A stretch of 64,000 bases of DNA. Source: an uncultured virus (IMG/VR IMGVR_UViG_2585427635_000006) (taxonomy: Duplodnaviria > Heunggongvirae > Uroviricota > Caudoviricetes). Shown piece after piece: positions 36,323 through 44,860 of the stretch (position 1 is its first letter; each line of letters begins with the position of its first letter). Where the stretch lies: the IMG/VR virus record IMGVR_UViG_2585427635_000006; one strand, written 5' to 3'. Under the pieces are notes generated by a model. That model was not told where the DNA came from and made no database searches. It worked only from the letters and a program-made list of their open reading frames with translations. Made by a program: the position numbers and the translations under genes.

Positions 36323-36459
36323 GGCTAACGCTGGAGGAACTCCGCCAAGGCGTTCTGGCCTTAGCCTCGCATACAGGATGGTCGCTCGTGGACATTCTCG
36401 CGCTCCCAACGCGTGAATTCCTATTCTGGATCGACGGATTACCGCGCGATGGCGAGTAA
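36309..36459 (+). CDS. gpE'-like extension in the -1 frame
   Basis: -1 frame reads YRVRLTLEELRQGVLALASHTGWSLVDILALPTREFLFWIDGLPRDGE. Confidence 0.6.
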
Positions 36460-38668
36460 AAAACAATTCCACGCAAGCCTCATCATTGCTGGGCACCTGT
36501 CCAGCACATTGAAAAGCGCCTTCGGGTCCACACAGCGCAACGTACAACGTATTGGTGCGGCGGTCACCACACTCTCGCGGCAGCAACGTCTGCTCGGGCA
36601 AGGCATTCAAACCTTTGGGCGCATGGGTCGTAATATTGACGGGCTGCGCACCCGATATGACACATTAACCAGACAATTAGAACGCACCCGCGCCGCGCAA
36701 CAGCGACTCAACCAAGCACAATCGGCCCTTGAAGGACACCGCGCCCGCCTTTCACAGATGCGCGGACAGCTTGGGGGCGCCGTAGGGACCTTGGGTGCCG
36801 TCTCTGCCGCCGCGTTTTTTCCCATCAAGGCCGCCGTTGAGTTTGAAACCGCCATGCTTGGCATTGCCAAGCAAGTCGATGGCGCACGCGACAATACCGG
36901 CAAGTTGACCTCCGTGTACTACGACATGGGCAACGCCATCCAGCAGCTCGCGCGTACGATCCCGATGGCCACCAATGAACTGGCTGACATGGTGACCGCC
37001 GGTGCCCGTATGGGCATTGCCGAAGGCATGAACCCAGAACAGGCAAGAAAAACACTGATCGAATTTACCCGCGTCTCGGCCATGGCGGCCACCGCCTTTG
37101 AGATGCCTGCTGGTGAATTGGCCGACAACATGGGAAAAATCGCTGGTATTTTCAAAATCCCGATCAGCGACATTGAGCGTTTGGGCGACGCCATCAACTA
37201 CCTGGATGACAACGCCATCTCTAAAGGGGGTGACATCATCAAAGTGATGCAGGGCGACCTGGCCGGAGCAGCCTCCACCATGGGCTTATCGGCCAAAAAT
37301 GCCGCCGCCCTGGCGTCCACCTTCCTCACCTTGGGTGAATCCGCCGAACGCGCTGATACCGCGGCCTCTGGAATGCTACGGCAATTACAAATTGCCAAAA
37401 TGAACCCCAAACGCTTCCAGATCGGCGTGGGGATGTTGGGCATGACCGCTGACCAACTCCAAAAAGGCATGGTCACCGATCCCCAGTCCATGATTCTGGA
37501 CGTCCTCACACGCATTAAAAAACTCCCAGTCGAACAGCAAATGGAGGCCGTCACACGCCTGTTCGGCAAAGACTGGGGCGGGGCCATCGCCAAGCTTGCG
37601 AACGGCGTTGATGAATACCGCCGCCAACTGGCGCTGGCCAACGGAGAAGCCGCCAAAGGCAGCATGTCGCGGGAATTCAAATCTTGGCAGGACTCCACAG
37701 CAGGGCAATGGCAACAGACAAAAAATCGCCTCACCGAGCTTTCCGTAGCCATTGGTAACGCCTTACTGCCTGCTATCAACGACTTGCTAGCGTCCTCGGC
37801 TCCGGTCATTGAGCGATTTGCAGCATGGACACAAAAACATCCTGGCGTAGTGAAAGCGGTGCTGGGAACCGCCCTGGCCCTGGCCGGTGTCAGAGTCGCC
37901 GTCATCGCCCTGCGCTTTGCCTTTGCCGCCCTTCACTATCCCCTGTTGCTCGGACTACGCCTGATCGCCTCGTGGCGGGCTGTTGGCACCTTGGCTTCTA
38001 TGGCCCAAGTACGCACTGCGGCGCTGGCCGTGGGGCGTGTGTTAGGCCGCCTCGTCCCCACCGCTTTCATGGTGGCTGGCCGTGCCGCATTGTGGTTGGG
38101 CCGCCTCTTGCTCATGAATCCGGTGGGATTGGCCGTCACCGCCATTGCTTCAGGCGCGTTGCTGATCGTCCAACACTGGAACACCATCAAACCGTTCATG
38201 AATTCTCTATGGGAAGGGGTTAAAACGATCTTCAGCGGTGCCTGGGGAGTGATTACAGGCCTCTTCACCGGCAATTTCGACCGTGTGAAGAACGGATTCA
38301 AAACCATGTTTGATGGCATCGGCACCATTGCCACCTCCTTCTTCGACAAGCTCAAATCACTATGGAATTGGGCCACCGAAAAATTCACCACAATGAAACA
38401 ATGGTTAGGCATCGGCGACAGCCTGACCCAACACACCATGACTACCGCAGGTGCAGGCGCAGCCCCCACAGCAACGGTGCGCATGCCGCCATTGGCGCAA
38501 CAACATAGGCCAAATAACGCCGATTACCGTAGCTACGCCACCTACAACATCACCCAACAACCGGGTGAACGTGGCGAAACCCTAGCACGCCGCATCGCCG
38601 CACAATCCAGCCAATCACAGAGGCAACCACGCAGCGCCCTGTACGACGATGTCAGAGGCCAAGAATGA
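36449..38668 (+). CDS. Tape measure protein
   Basis: Long Ala/Gly-rich helical protein with TP901-like core (A..FE.AM..., LFGK). Confidence 0.92.
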   Translation: MASKKQFHASLIIAGHLSSTLKSAFGSTQRNVQRIGAAVTTLSRQQRLLGQGIQTFGRMGRNIDGLRTRYDTLTRQLERTRAAQQRLNQAQSALEGHRARLSQMRGQLGGAVGTLGAVSAAAFFPIKAAVEFETAMLGIAKQVDGARDNTGKLTSVYYDMGNAIQQLARTIPMATNELADMVTAGARMGIAEGMNPEQARKTLIEFTRVSAMAATAFEMPAGELADNMGKIAGIFKIPISDIERLGDAINYLDDNAISKGGDIIKVMQGDLAGAASTMGLSAKNAAALASTFLTLGESAERADTAASGMLRQLQIAKMNPKRFQIGVGMLGMTADQLQKGMVTDPQSMILDVLTRIKKLPVEQQMEAVTRLFGKDWGGAIAKLANGVDEYRRQLALANGEAAKGSMSREFKSWQDSTAGQWQQTKNRLTELSVAIGNALLPAINDLLASSAPVIERFAAWTQKHPGVVKAVLGTALALAGVRVAVIALRFAFAALHYPLLLGLRLIASWRAVGTLASMAQVRTAALAVGRVLGRLVPTAFMVAGRAALWLGRLLLMNPVGLAVTAIASGALLIVQHWNTIKPFMNSLWEGVKTIFSGAWGVITGLFTGNFDRVKNGFKTMFDGIGTIATSFFDKLKSLWNWATEKFTTMKQWLGIGDSLTQHTMTTAGAGAAPTATVRMPPLAQQHRPNNADYRSYATYNITQQPGERGETLARRIAAQSSQSQRQPRSALYDDVRGQE

Positions 38669-39147
38669 TCCGTCAAACCCTCTGGAGCGATGTCGCCGCA
38701 CCCCTTCAAAACGCATTCCAAACCAACAACAGCGGCAACCGGCCTGTCCTGATGATGCTAGGTGGCTACACCTTCTCACTGGCGAGCCTCGTCTACCAAG
38801 AACTCGCCCGCGTGAACGAATACCGCTGGGCGGCCATCGAACGCTACGGGCAGCGCGATGCGCGCCAATACACCGGCCCAGGCGATGAAAGTATCGAACT
38901 GCCCGGTATCGCCTACCCAGATTGGCAAGGCCAACGTGCCTCATTGGAGGAACTACGCGCCTTGGCCGCCCAAGGCAAACCCTTACAGCTCATTGATAGC
39001 AATGGCGTCATCCACGGCTGGTACGTCATCGAACGGATTGAAGAACGCCAAAGCGACCATCACCCCAACGGCACACCACGGCGCATTGAATTCACACTCG
39101 CCTTACAACGCGTCAACGATGACCACGCCGTAGAGGCCACCCCGTGA
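38665..39147 (+). CDS. gpU-like tail protein
   Basis: MMLG...F, QYTGPG, IEFTL.L. Confidence 0.88.
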   Translation: MIRQTLWSDVAAPLQNAFQTNNSGNRPVLMMLGGYTFSLASLVYQELARVNEYRWAAIERYGQRDARQYTGPGDESIELPGIAYPDWQGQRASLEELRALAAQGKPLQLIDSNGVIHGWYVIERIEERQSDHHPNGTPRRIEFTLALQRVNDDHAVEATP

Positions 39148-39362
39148 GCCTGCACACCTATCTCACACGCCACGGTGACACCGTCGACTGGCTCGCATGG
39201 AAGTATTACGCACGCACCGATGCCACCATCATCTCGGCGATTTATGAAGCAAACCACGGCTTAGCCGCATGGGGGCCCGTGCTGCCGGAAGGCATCGCGA
39301 TCACCTTGCCAGACCCTGTGGCCACACCGCGCACCATTCCAGGAGTCACATTGTGGGAGTAA
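39144..39362 (+). CDS. Tail protein X (LysM-like)
   Basis: T..GDTVD..AW.YY...AN.GLA..GP.LP.G...LP. Confidence 0.9.
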   Translation: MSLHTYLTRHGDTVDWLAWKYYARTDATIISAIYEANHGLAAWGPVLPEGIAITLPDPVATPRTIPGVTLWE

Positions 39363-40435
39363 CGCCCTGCTACCGGCTCATCGCCAACGACAACGATATT
39401 ACCGCCCTTATCACCGAACGCATGGCAAGCCTACAGCTTTCCGATGAGTCCGGAAGCCATGCCGACACCTTGGAAGTTGTCCTGGCTGACCATCTACCTA
39501 ACGCCCCGCTCAAGCTGCCACCGATGGGGGCGGAACTGGAACTGGCATTAGGGTATGACGGCCAATTACGCCCGATGGGCGTTTTCGTGTGTAGCGAAAT
39601 CACATTGTCCGGCTGGCCAGCCACAATGACCCTGCGTGCTCACGCCGCCCCTTGGGAAGGCACCCCCAAAGGCAAAAGTGACCTGCAAACTCAAAAAACC
39701 CGCTCCTGGCCCGCCGGAACCACACTCGGTGCCATGCTATCCACAATGGCTGCCGAACATGGCATGACCTGGGCGATCTCCCCGTCGCTCACAGGCGTCG
39801 CGCTACCCCACATTGATCAGACAGAAGAATCAGATATCAACGTCCTGCTACGGCTAGCACAGCGTTACGATGCGATTGCTAAACCTGCCGGAGGTCGACT
39901 GATCTTTGCCAAACGCGGCGAAGCTAAAAGCGTCACAGGCATTGATATGCCTCGTATCACCTTAACACCTGATGAGATTGCCTCCTGGCAAATGACCTAC
40001 ACAACGCGGGACAGCCCCGGCACAGTGATTGCCTTCTACCGCCTGGCACGCCGCGCTGAACTGCATCAAGTCAGTGTCGGTGACGGGCATCCCGTTCACC
40101 GCATCAAACAATACCTGCCTGATGCCGCTGCTGCTATCGCCGCCGCTCGGGGTGAACTCTCACGCCGCGCCCGCGCTGAAACCAAACTCACTCTAGAGAT
40201 GGCAGGGCGTGCGGAGCTGTCCGCAGAAGCCGTCTTGACACTCAACGGCTGGCGGGAAGGAGTGAATGGTGATTGGCTCGTCACCCGTGTGCAACATGGC
40301 CTAGACAAAAACGGCTACCGATGTAGCATCGAAGCCGAGCGGCCCAACAACCATCCAGATGTTGCTGCCGCCATCAACACGCAAGTACGCGATCAAGTCG
40401 TACGCCCGTCCCGCACCCATCATCAGAAAACATAG
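39353..40435 (+). CDS. gpD-like baseplate hub/late control protein
   Basis: D.SG..AD.L, HIDQT.ESD...L.RLA..Y. Confidence 0.9.
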   Translation: MGVTPCYRLIANDNDITALITERMASLQLSDESGSHADTLEVVLADHLPNAPLKLPPMGAELELALGYDGQLRPMGVFVCSEITLSGWPATMTLRAHAAPWEGTPKGKSDLQTQKTRSWPAGTTLGAMLSTMAAEHGMTWAISPSLTGVALPHIDQTEESDINVLLRLAQRYDAIAKPAGGRLIFAKRGEAKSVTGIDMPRITLTPDEIASWQMTYTTRDSPGTVIAFYRLARRAELHQVSVGDGHPVHRIKQYLPDAAAAIAAARGELSRRARAETKLTLEMAGRAELSAEAVLTLNGWREGVNGDWLVTRVQHGLDKNGYRCSIEAERPNNHPDVAAAINTQVRDQVVRPSRTHHQKT

Positions 40436-40521
40436 GGACCTGCTATCGGTTCCGCATTTTCTGATACCTCAATGCGGCATTCTCTGATACCACCACCCCC
40501 ACCGCGTCCAGCATATTAACC

Positions 40522-40950
40522 CTGCCGGACGCGGGGCCATTAAGGCCGCTCAACCCGCGAGGCGCTGGAGCAGCGCCTTTTCCGGCATCTTAATTTGAAA
40601 GTGTGATACTGTATTAATTAACAGTCCGTTTTTGCTTAGTAAAAATTCCTTTTAAATCAATAATTTAAAAATTTTATGGGCGAATTGACCGGATTAAAGG
40701 CTGATTTAGCCCAGATTGTTCGGCTGGCGCTCGCCGAGCAGGCTGAGGATGTGCATCTCTTCGCTGCGAGGCTGGTCAGGAAGTACCGGGGCACCGAGCC
40801 GGAGTTGGCTGAGCAGGTGGCGCTGCTTCTTCGTGCCAGCCCGCATCGGGCGGGTGCGCTGCTGCGCAGATGAACTCGCCTTTGCTGCCGGACGCGGGGC
40901 CATTAAGGCCGCTCCACCCGCGTGGCGCTAGGGCAGCGCCTTTTCCGGCA
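40522..40950. repeat. Two 66-bp structured direct repeats (40522-40587, 40885-40950)
   Basis: 62 of 66 positions identical; internal inverted repeats. Confidence 0.9.
40676..40873 (+). pseudogene. 65-aa ORF resembling the N-terminus of an AAA ATPase (IetA-like); truncated
   Basis: DLAQIVRLAL...DV.LFAARLVRKYR resembles such N-termini from memory; no Walker motifs follow. Confidence 0.45.
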
Positions 40951-41233
40951 GCTTATCCGCTTTGATTAACGAAATATTTTGCGCAGCAGTCCCGTTAAAC
41001 GAAATACCCTCTTGGTATTGCGGTTACTGATGAATTGACTGTGAGTTTTACGGTTAAAGTTCAAAGTGGCAGAGGGGTTGCCACAAGACGCCTTAATCAT
41101 GTTTACTCCTCAGGTATGTGCAGACCACAGAGACTAACACGCAACTAACACGCACTGCGGCTGAAAGCCGCATTTTTACGAGGCTCAAAGTAGTTTGTAT
41201 CACGTCTATGTTGTTGATTCTGCTAATTCCCAT

Positions 41234-41283
41234 CTACCTTGACATGGTAGGGGTCACAGGTTCGAACCCTGTACCGCCCACCA
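41234..41283 (+). other. att core: 3' fragment of tRNA-Val(GAC)
   Basis: CTACC-TTGACAT-GGTAG anticodon arm, GGTTCGAA T-loop, CCA end; 5' acceptor strand and D-arm absent. Confidence 0.88.
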
Positions 41284-41317
41284 ATTTAACATATTGATTA
41301 TTATATGTTTTCTTGGT

Positions 41318-42427
41318 TTATGAAGCGCTGCTAAAGCTTATGACTGACCCCAAATTGACCCCAAGAAGGGCGCGCAGTTTGGGGACGTCAGAAGCTAATT
41401 GCTCAACGATTGCCGTTAGCGCTGTGCGTGCTGCGCCCATATAGCTCGGATCAAACTTGGCGTAGGCGTCGGTGGTTCCCCCAGCGTGGTGACCCAATAA
41501 TCCTGATACATCGCACGCGGGAACGCCGCGTTGGCGTAGCCACGTAGCAAGAGTGTGCCGAATAGTCTTAGGCACAAACCATAATGGTAGCCCAGCTCGT
41601 TTGCGCAGTTTGCGCCAAGTAGTCTTAATAGATTTGATGGGCTTCCCATGCCAGTGCACCAAGTAGGACTCCGGTTTGACGGTCGCAATGTAGGCATTCA
41701 GTGCAGGCAGCAGCGGTACAGTGGGCCGGAATTTCTTTGTCTGCTGCCGTCCGGCTGGGTTGAGCTGTACTAGTTTGGCGTCTGTGTCGATCTGAAAGCG
41801 CTGTAAGCCGCGTGCTGCATCGCCACGGCACGCGGTGCACAAACGGATCAGGAAGTAGGCCCAGATGTGCTCGGGCATATCTGTATTGAGCAAACATACT
41901 ATTTGCTCACGGCTCGCGTAGTGTGGGTAAGGCTCACCGATGCGTGGCAACTCAACGAACGGAACTTGCGTGATCTCGCCTCGCTTCCATGAGCGGTTTA
42001 GCGCGGACTTCCCTATCCCCAGAATACGGCGGCAGTAACCTTCAGTGTATCCATGCTCTGCTAGCCATTTGATGAAATCTTCTTGCCGCGTAATCGTTAT
42101 GTCGGCTACGGATGCAGACTTGCCGAAAAACTCATTCCACATATCCACGCCACGTTGTGCCGTGTCTTTGCTTGCAAGCTTGTTTCCGTGTTGCGTCATG
42201 TACCGTGTAAGTACTGTAGAAAGCAGGACATTGGTCGGTGGCTGATTTTGTAGCGTTGTGTGCTGTACAAACCATTGCGCTAAAGCTACCTTGGCTGCGC
42301 TAAAATCTCTTGTGCCAAGCGAAGCGCGCTGCTTGCATCCCGTAACGTCGCGCCATGCCTTATACCAAACCGTTGACCCTTTTCGTTGTTCGAGCCAGTA
42401 TTCTCCAATGCGGAAGAGGGGAGGCAT
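41318..42427 (-). CDS. Tyrosine integrase of prophage 2
   Basis: TACR, TIRHTLATWL, LLGH and TTDAY catalytic motifs; adjacent to att. Confidence 0.93.
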   Translation of the reverse strand: MPPLFRIGEYWLEQRKGSTVWYKAWRDVTGCKQRASLGTRDFSAAKVALAQWFVQHTTLQNQPPTNVLLSTVLTRYMTQHGNKLASKDTAQRGVDMWNEFFGKSASVADITITRQEDFIKWLAEHGYTEGYCRRILGIGKSALNRSWKRGEITQVPFVELPRIGEPYPHYASREQIVCLLNTDMPEHIWAYFLIRLCTACRGDAARGLQRFQIDTDAKLVQLNPAGRQQTKKFRPTVPLLPALNAYIATVKPESYLVHWHGKPIKSIKTTWRKLRKRAGLPLWFVPKTIRHTLATWLRQRGVPACDVSGLLGHHAGGTTDAYAKFDPSYMGAARTALTAIVEQLASDVPKLRALLGVNLGSVISFSSAS

Positions 42428-42607
42428 TGTGTGTTGTTCCAGGTATTTAAGTAAGTGGTATTCGGTATATTTCGGAGTTTTTGCGATTCGGATGTAACCA
42501 ATTCTTTTTTGTTTTCGGAAGCGTCGCAGCGTGACTTCCGAAACTCCTAGGTAACGTGCGGCTTCCTCTTAGGTATACAACTCTGGAAGTTTCTCAGCAG
42601 CGCCCAT
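42428..42607 (-). pseudogene. Excisionase-like HTH in frame with the integrase, with TAA at codon 13
   Basis: AGGAGG RBS; MGAAEKLPELYT*EEAARYLGVSEVTLRR... Confidence 0.7.
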
Positions 42608-42664
42608 GTGTGGGTTCCTCCTGTGCCAATAATGAGCTAAATGGGATCGTCGCCATGTTCCACC

Positions 42665-43111
42665 TCAGAACGGAATCTCGTCATCGTGGAAGTCGTCGCC
42701 TGCATACGCATAGGCTTTATTGTTGTTACGGACCTTTGCCGGTCGCCGCTGTGGCGTGATGCCGCTGGAGCCTTCATCACGACCGCCGAGCATGTGCATT
42801 TGGTCAGCAATAATCTCAGTGACATAACGCTCCTGGCCGTCCTGGCCGGTGAACTTGTCGTAGCGAATGGCACCCTCTATGTAGCACTGCGATCCCTTAT
42901 GCAGATATTCGGCGGCAATCTCGCCCAGCTTTCCGAAAAACTTGACGCGGTGCCATTCGGTCCGCTCCTGGGTATTGCCCTCTCTGTCCTTGCGTTTGCT
43001 GCTGGTTGCTAGGCTAATGCTGGTGATCGTCATACCGCTTTGGGTGTATTTGATATCTGGCTCGTTCCCCAGGTTGCCGACTAGGATTACCTTGTTAATT
43101 CCGCGTGCCAT
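42665..43111 (-). CDS. ssb: Single-stranded DNA-binding protein
   Basis: MARGINKVILVGNLG...TEWHRV...DDEIPF. Confidence 0.95.
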   Translation of the reverse strand: MARGINKVILVGNLGNEPDIKYTQSGMTITSISLATSSKRKDREGNTQERTEWHRVKFFGKLGEIAAEYLHKGSQCYIEGAIRYDKFTGQDGQERYVTEIIADQMHMLGGRDEGSSGITPQRRPAKVRNNNKAYAYAGDDFHDDEIPF

Positions 43112-43571
43112 TGTGAGTGCTCCTAGAGGGCAATGGAGGGGGCAGGCGGACGATGTCCACATACGGCAGTGAGCAAACAGCATCAGTGATGTGGGCGTTA
43201 CCGCTACTTTTCGTTAGCAATAGCCAATGAATGTTTGGCGTTGCGTGGATTAATGAGAACAGCGCATCGCGCCATTGCTGCGGTACATCCTTGTCGAACA
43301 CATCACAGCGTGAGCCGCATAACACAGGTTGTCGGCATGGTTTGATAAATCCATGCGTTGTTTGCAGATTTTCATCTGTAAGCCCGGGGTATTGACTCTT
43401 GATCTTTTCCCATATGCTTAATTGGATGCTGGTAATACGATCCCACCTTAATGGGCGTTTCCAAATTCTTTTGCTGGTCCGCCTGCATGGGTTACCGGTT
43501 TTTGTAGGGCCAATCCACGGATTGAAGATGAAGTAGCCTTTTTCAAATAAATCAGGCGTGAGTGCGTTCAT
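43095..43571 (-). CDS. Degenerate phage Gp37/Gp68 (DUF5131)-like protein
   Basis: FNPWIG, S.CDVFD, TP...WLLLTK; Cys motif and C-terminal half missing. Confidence 0.65.
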   Translation of the reverse strand: MNALTPDLFEKGYFIFNPWIGPTKTGNPCRRTSKRIWKRPLRWDRITSIQLSIWEKIKSQYPGLTDENLQTTHGFIKPCRQPVLCGSRCDVFDKDVPQQWRDALFSLIHATPNIHWLLLTKSSGNAHITDAVCSLPYVDIVRLPPPLPSRSTHNGTRN

Positions 43572-44071
43572 GCGACCTCCCTCAGTCCGTTAGCATCTGT
43601 ATTTATGCGTTCAAACTGGATGACCCATACCCACGTGTCGGGTAACCATTCGCCGTGGAGGCGGCACCAGAGATTGCGAAAGGCGCTGGTCGCTGTGTCA
43701 CAAGTATTAGATGATCGTTCCTTGAAATCACATACACCTTCAGCCATTGCATCGGCTTCAGTGATGTCTTGTGGCTGCTCAAGACGTACATTCTTGATGA
43801 GCAACATTAGACGGCTGGCCAAGCGTGGCATATGGATGCTGGACATCCAGCGCGGCCTATTGGTCACCGTCTCTGGTAATACGTCTGCGGCGTAGCGAAC
43901 AATGCCCGTTACCTCACAGGGCGTATACCGTTCGCGTACCCACAGCCGATCACCTGGTTTTCCGAAAGGGCATCGTTGGGTATGTTTGGCAATACGCCGT
44001 GTTTGTGTCTTCTGTCCTTGGATGATGGCGTTAACCATTGGAGCACTAAAGATAATGGGGCGATCTCTCAC
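43568..44071 (-). CDS. Phage ASCH/PUA-like protein
   Basis: PIIFS..MV.AI..G.KTQTRR, GDRLWVRE, SIHMPR.ASR, WVWVI.F. Confidence 0.78.
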   Translation of the reverse strand: MRDRPIIFSAPMVNAIIQGQKTQTRRIAKHTQRCPFGKPGDRLWVRERYTPCEVTGIVRYAADVLPETVTNRPRWMSSIHMPRLASRLMLLIKNVRLEQPQDITEADAMAEGVCDFKERSSNTCDTATSAFRNLWCRLHGEWLPDTWVWVIQFERINTDANGLREVA

Positions 44072-44832
44072 GATGCCTCCTTCAGCACATGCGCGGCTTT
44101 CTCAGGAGTTAAGAAAAGTTTGTAATTGCTATGGCCAGTGCGCTTGGTGGCGGTGTCATTGATGACGTCAAGTAGATGCGCGTACAGCTTTCTGTCCATC
44201 TCCTTGCTCGCAATGACATGCGCTCTAATGCATGTCAAAGCAGCAATGGTGATCTGGTCATCAATGGTGACGGAACGCCCTATGGAGACGCTGCGCCCAA
44301 TGTTGACTTCATTACCGATGATGCATCGCTTGTTAATGGTTGCATACTCGCCAATGGTGACGCGCCGACCAATGGTAACGGAGCTGCCGATGTCCGCACA
44401 TTTTCTGATGATGACGAAATCAGCAACGTTTAACTCACTACCAATGTAGCAATGGCTTTCAATCTGGGAGCCTTCGCCAATGTTTGCCTGGCTGAAGATG
44501 ATGGTGTATTCCCCAATGATGTTCCCCTGGCGGAGAAATGATTGCGCACCAATGGATGCCTGTACGCCAATGTGGCAATCAGGGCCGATATAGGAACTTT
44601 CTTGGATGGTGGAATATCCTCCAATGGTGCTTCTTGGCCCAACGAAGACGTCTTCATGGATGACGGCATTAGGAAAGACAATGGCGTCTTTGCTGATCGT
44701 TGCAGAGGAAGCAATATTGGCCTCAGTAGAAACAATCCCGCCTTGGCTTCCATCCGGATTAATCCAGTGCCGCGCCTTTGCGATCAAGTCATCTGAGAAT
44801 TTGTATTCAAACGTGTTGTTCATAAGGGGCAT
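44068..44832 (-). CDS. Left-handed beta-helix (hexapeptide repeat) protein
   Basis: Long run of xIGxxx hexapeptides. Confidence 0.85.
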   Translation of the reverse strand: MPLMNNTFEYKFSDDLIAKARHWINPDGSQGGIVSTEANIASSATISKDAIVFPNAVIHEDVFVGPRSTIGGYSTIQESSYIGPDCHIGVQASIGAQSFLRQGNIIGEYTIIFSQANIGEGSQIESHCYIGSELNVADFVIIRKCADIGSSVTIGRRVTIGEYATINKRCIIGNEVNIGRSVSIGRSVTIDDQITIAALTCIRAHVIASKEMDRKLYAHLLDVINDTATKRTGHSNYKLFLTPEKAAHVLKEAS

Positions 44833-44860
44833 TGTCTTTTGATATTGATGGGGCGTTCCA

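Larger units (their letters stand above)
1..41283. mobile_element. Prophage 1 (lambda-like head/cos packaging, P2-like contractile tail, DNA polymerase A replication module); left end outside window
   Basis: Continuous phage gene order from the integrase at the left edge to the gpD-like gene, ending at a tRNA-derived att core. Confidence 0.93.

Noticed and set aside
37198..38484. Long minus-strand ORFs within the tape measure gene
   Set aside because: Typical shadows of an Ala/Gly-rich gene
41200..41283. Intact tRNA-Val gene
   Set aside because: The 5' acceptor strand and D-arm are missing; only the 3' 50 nt match
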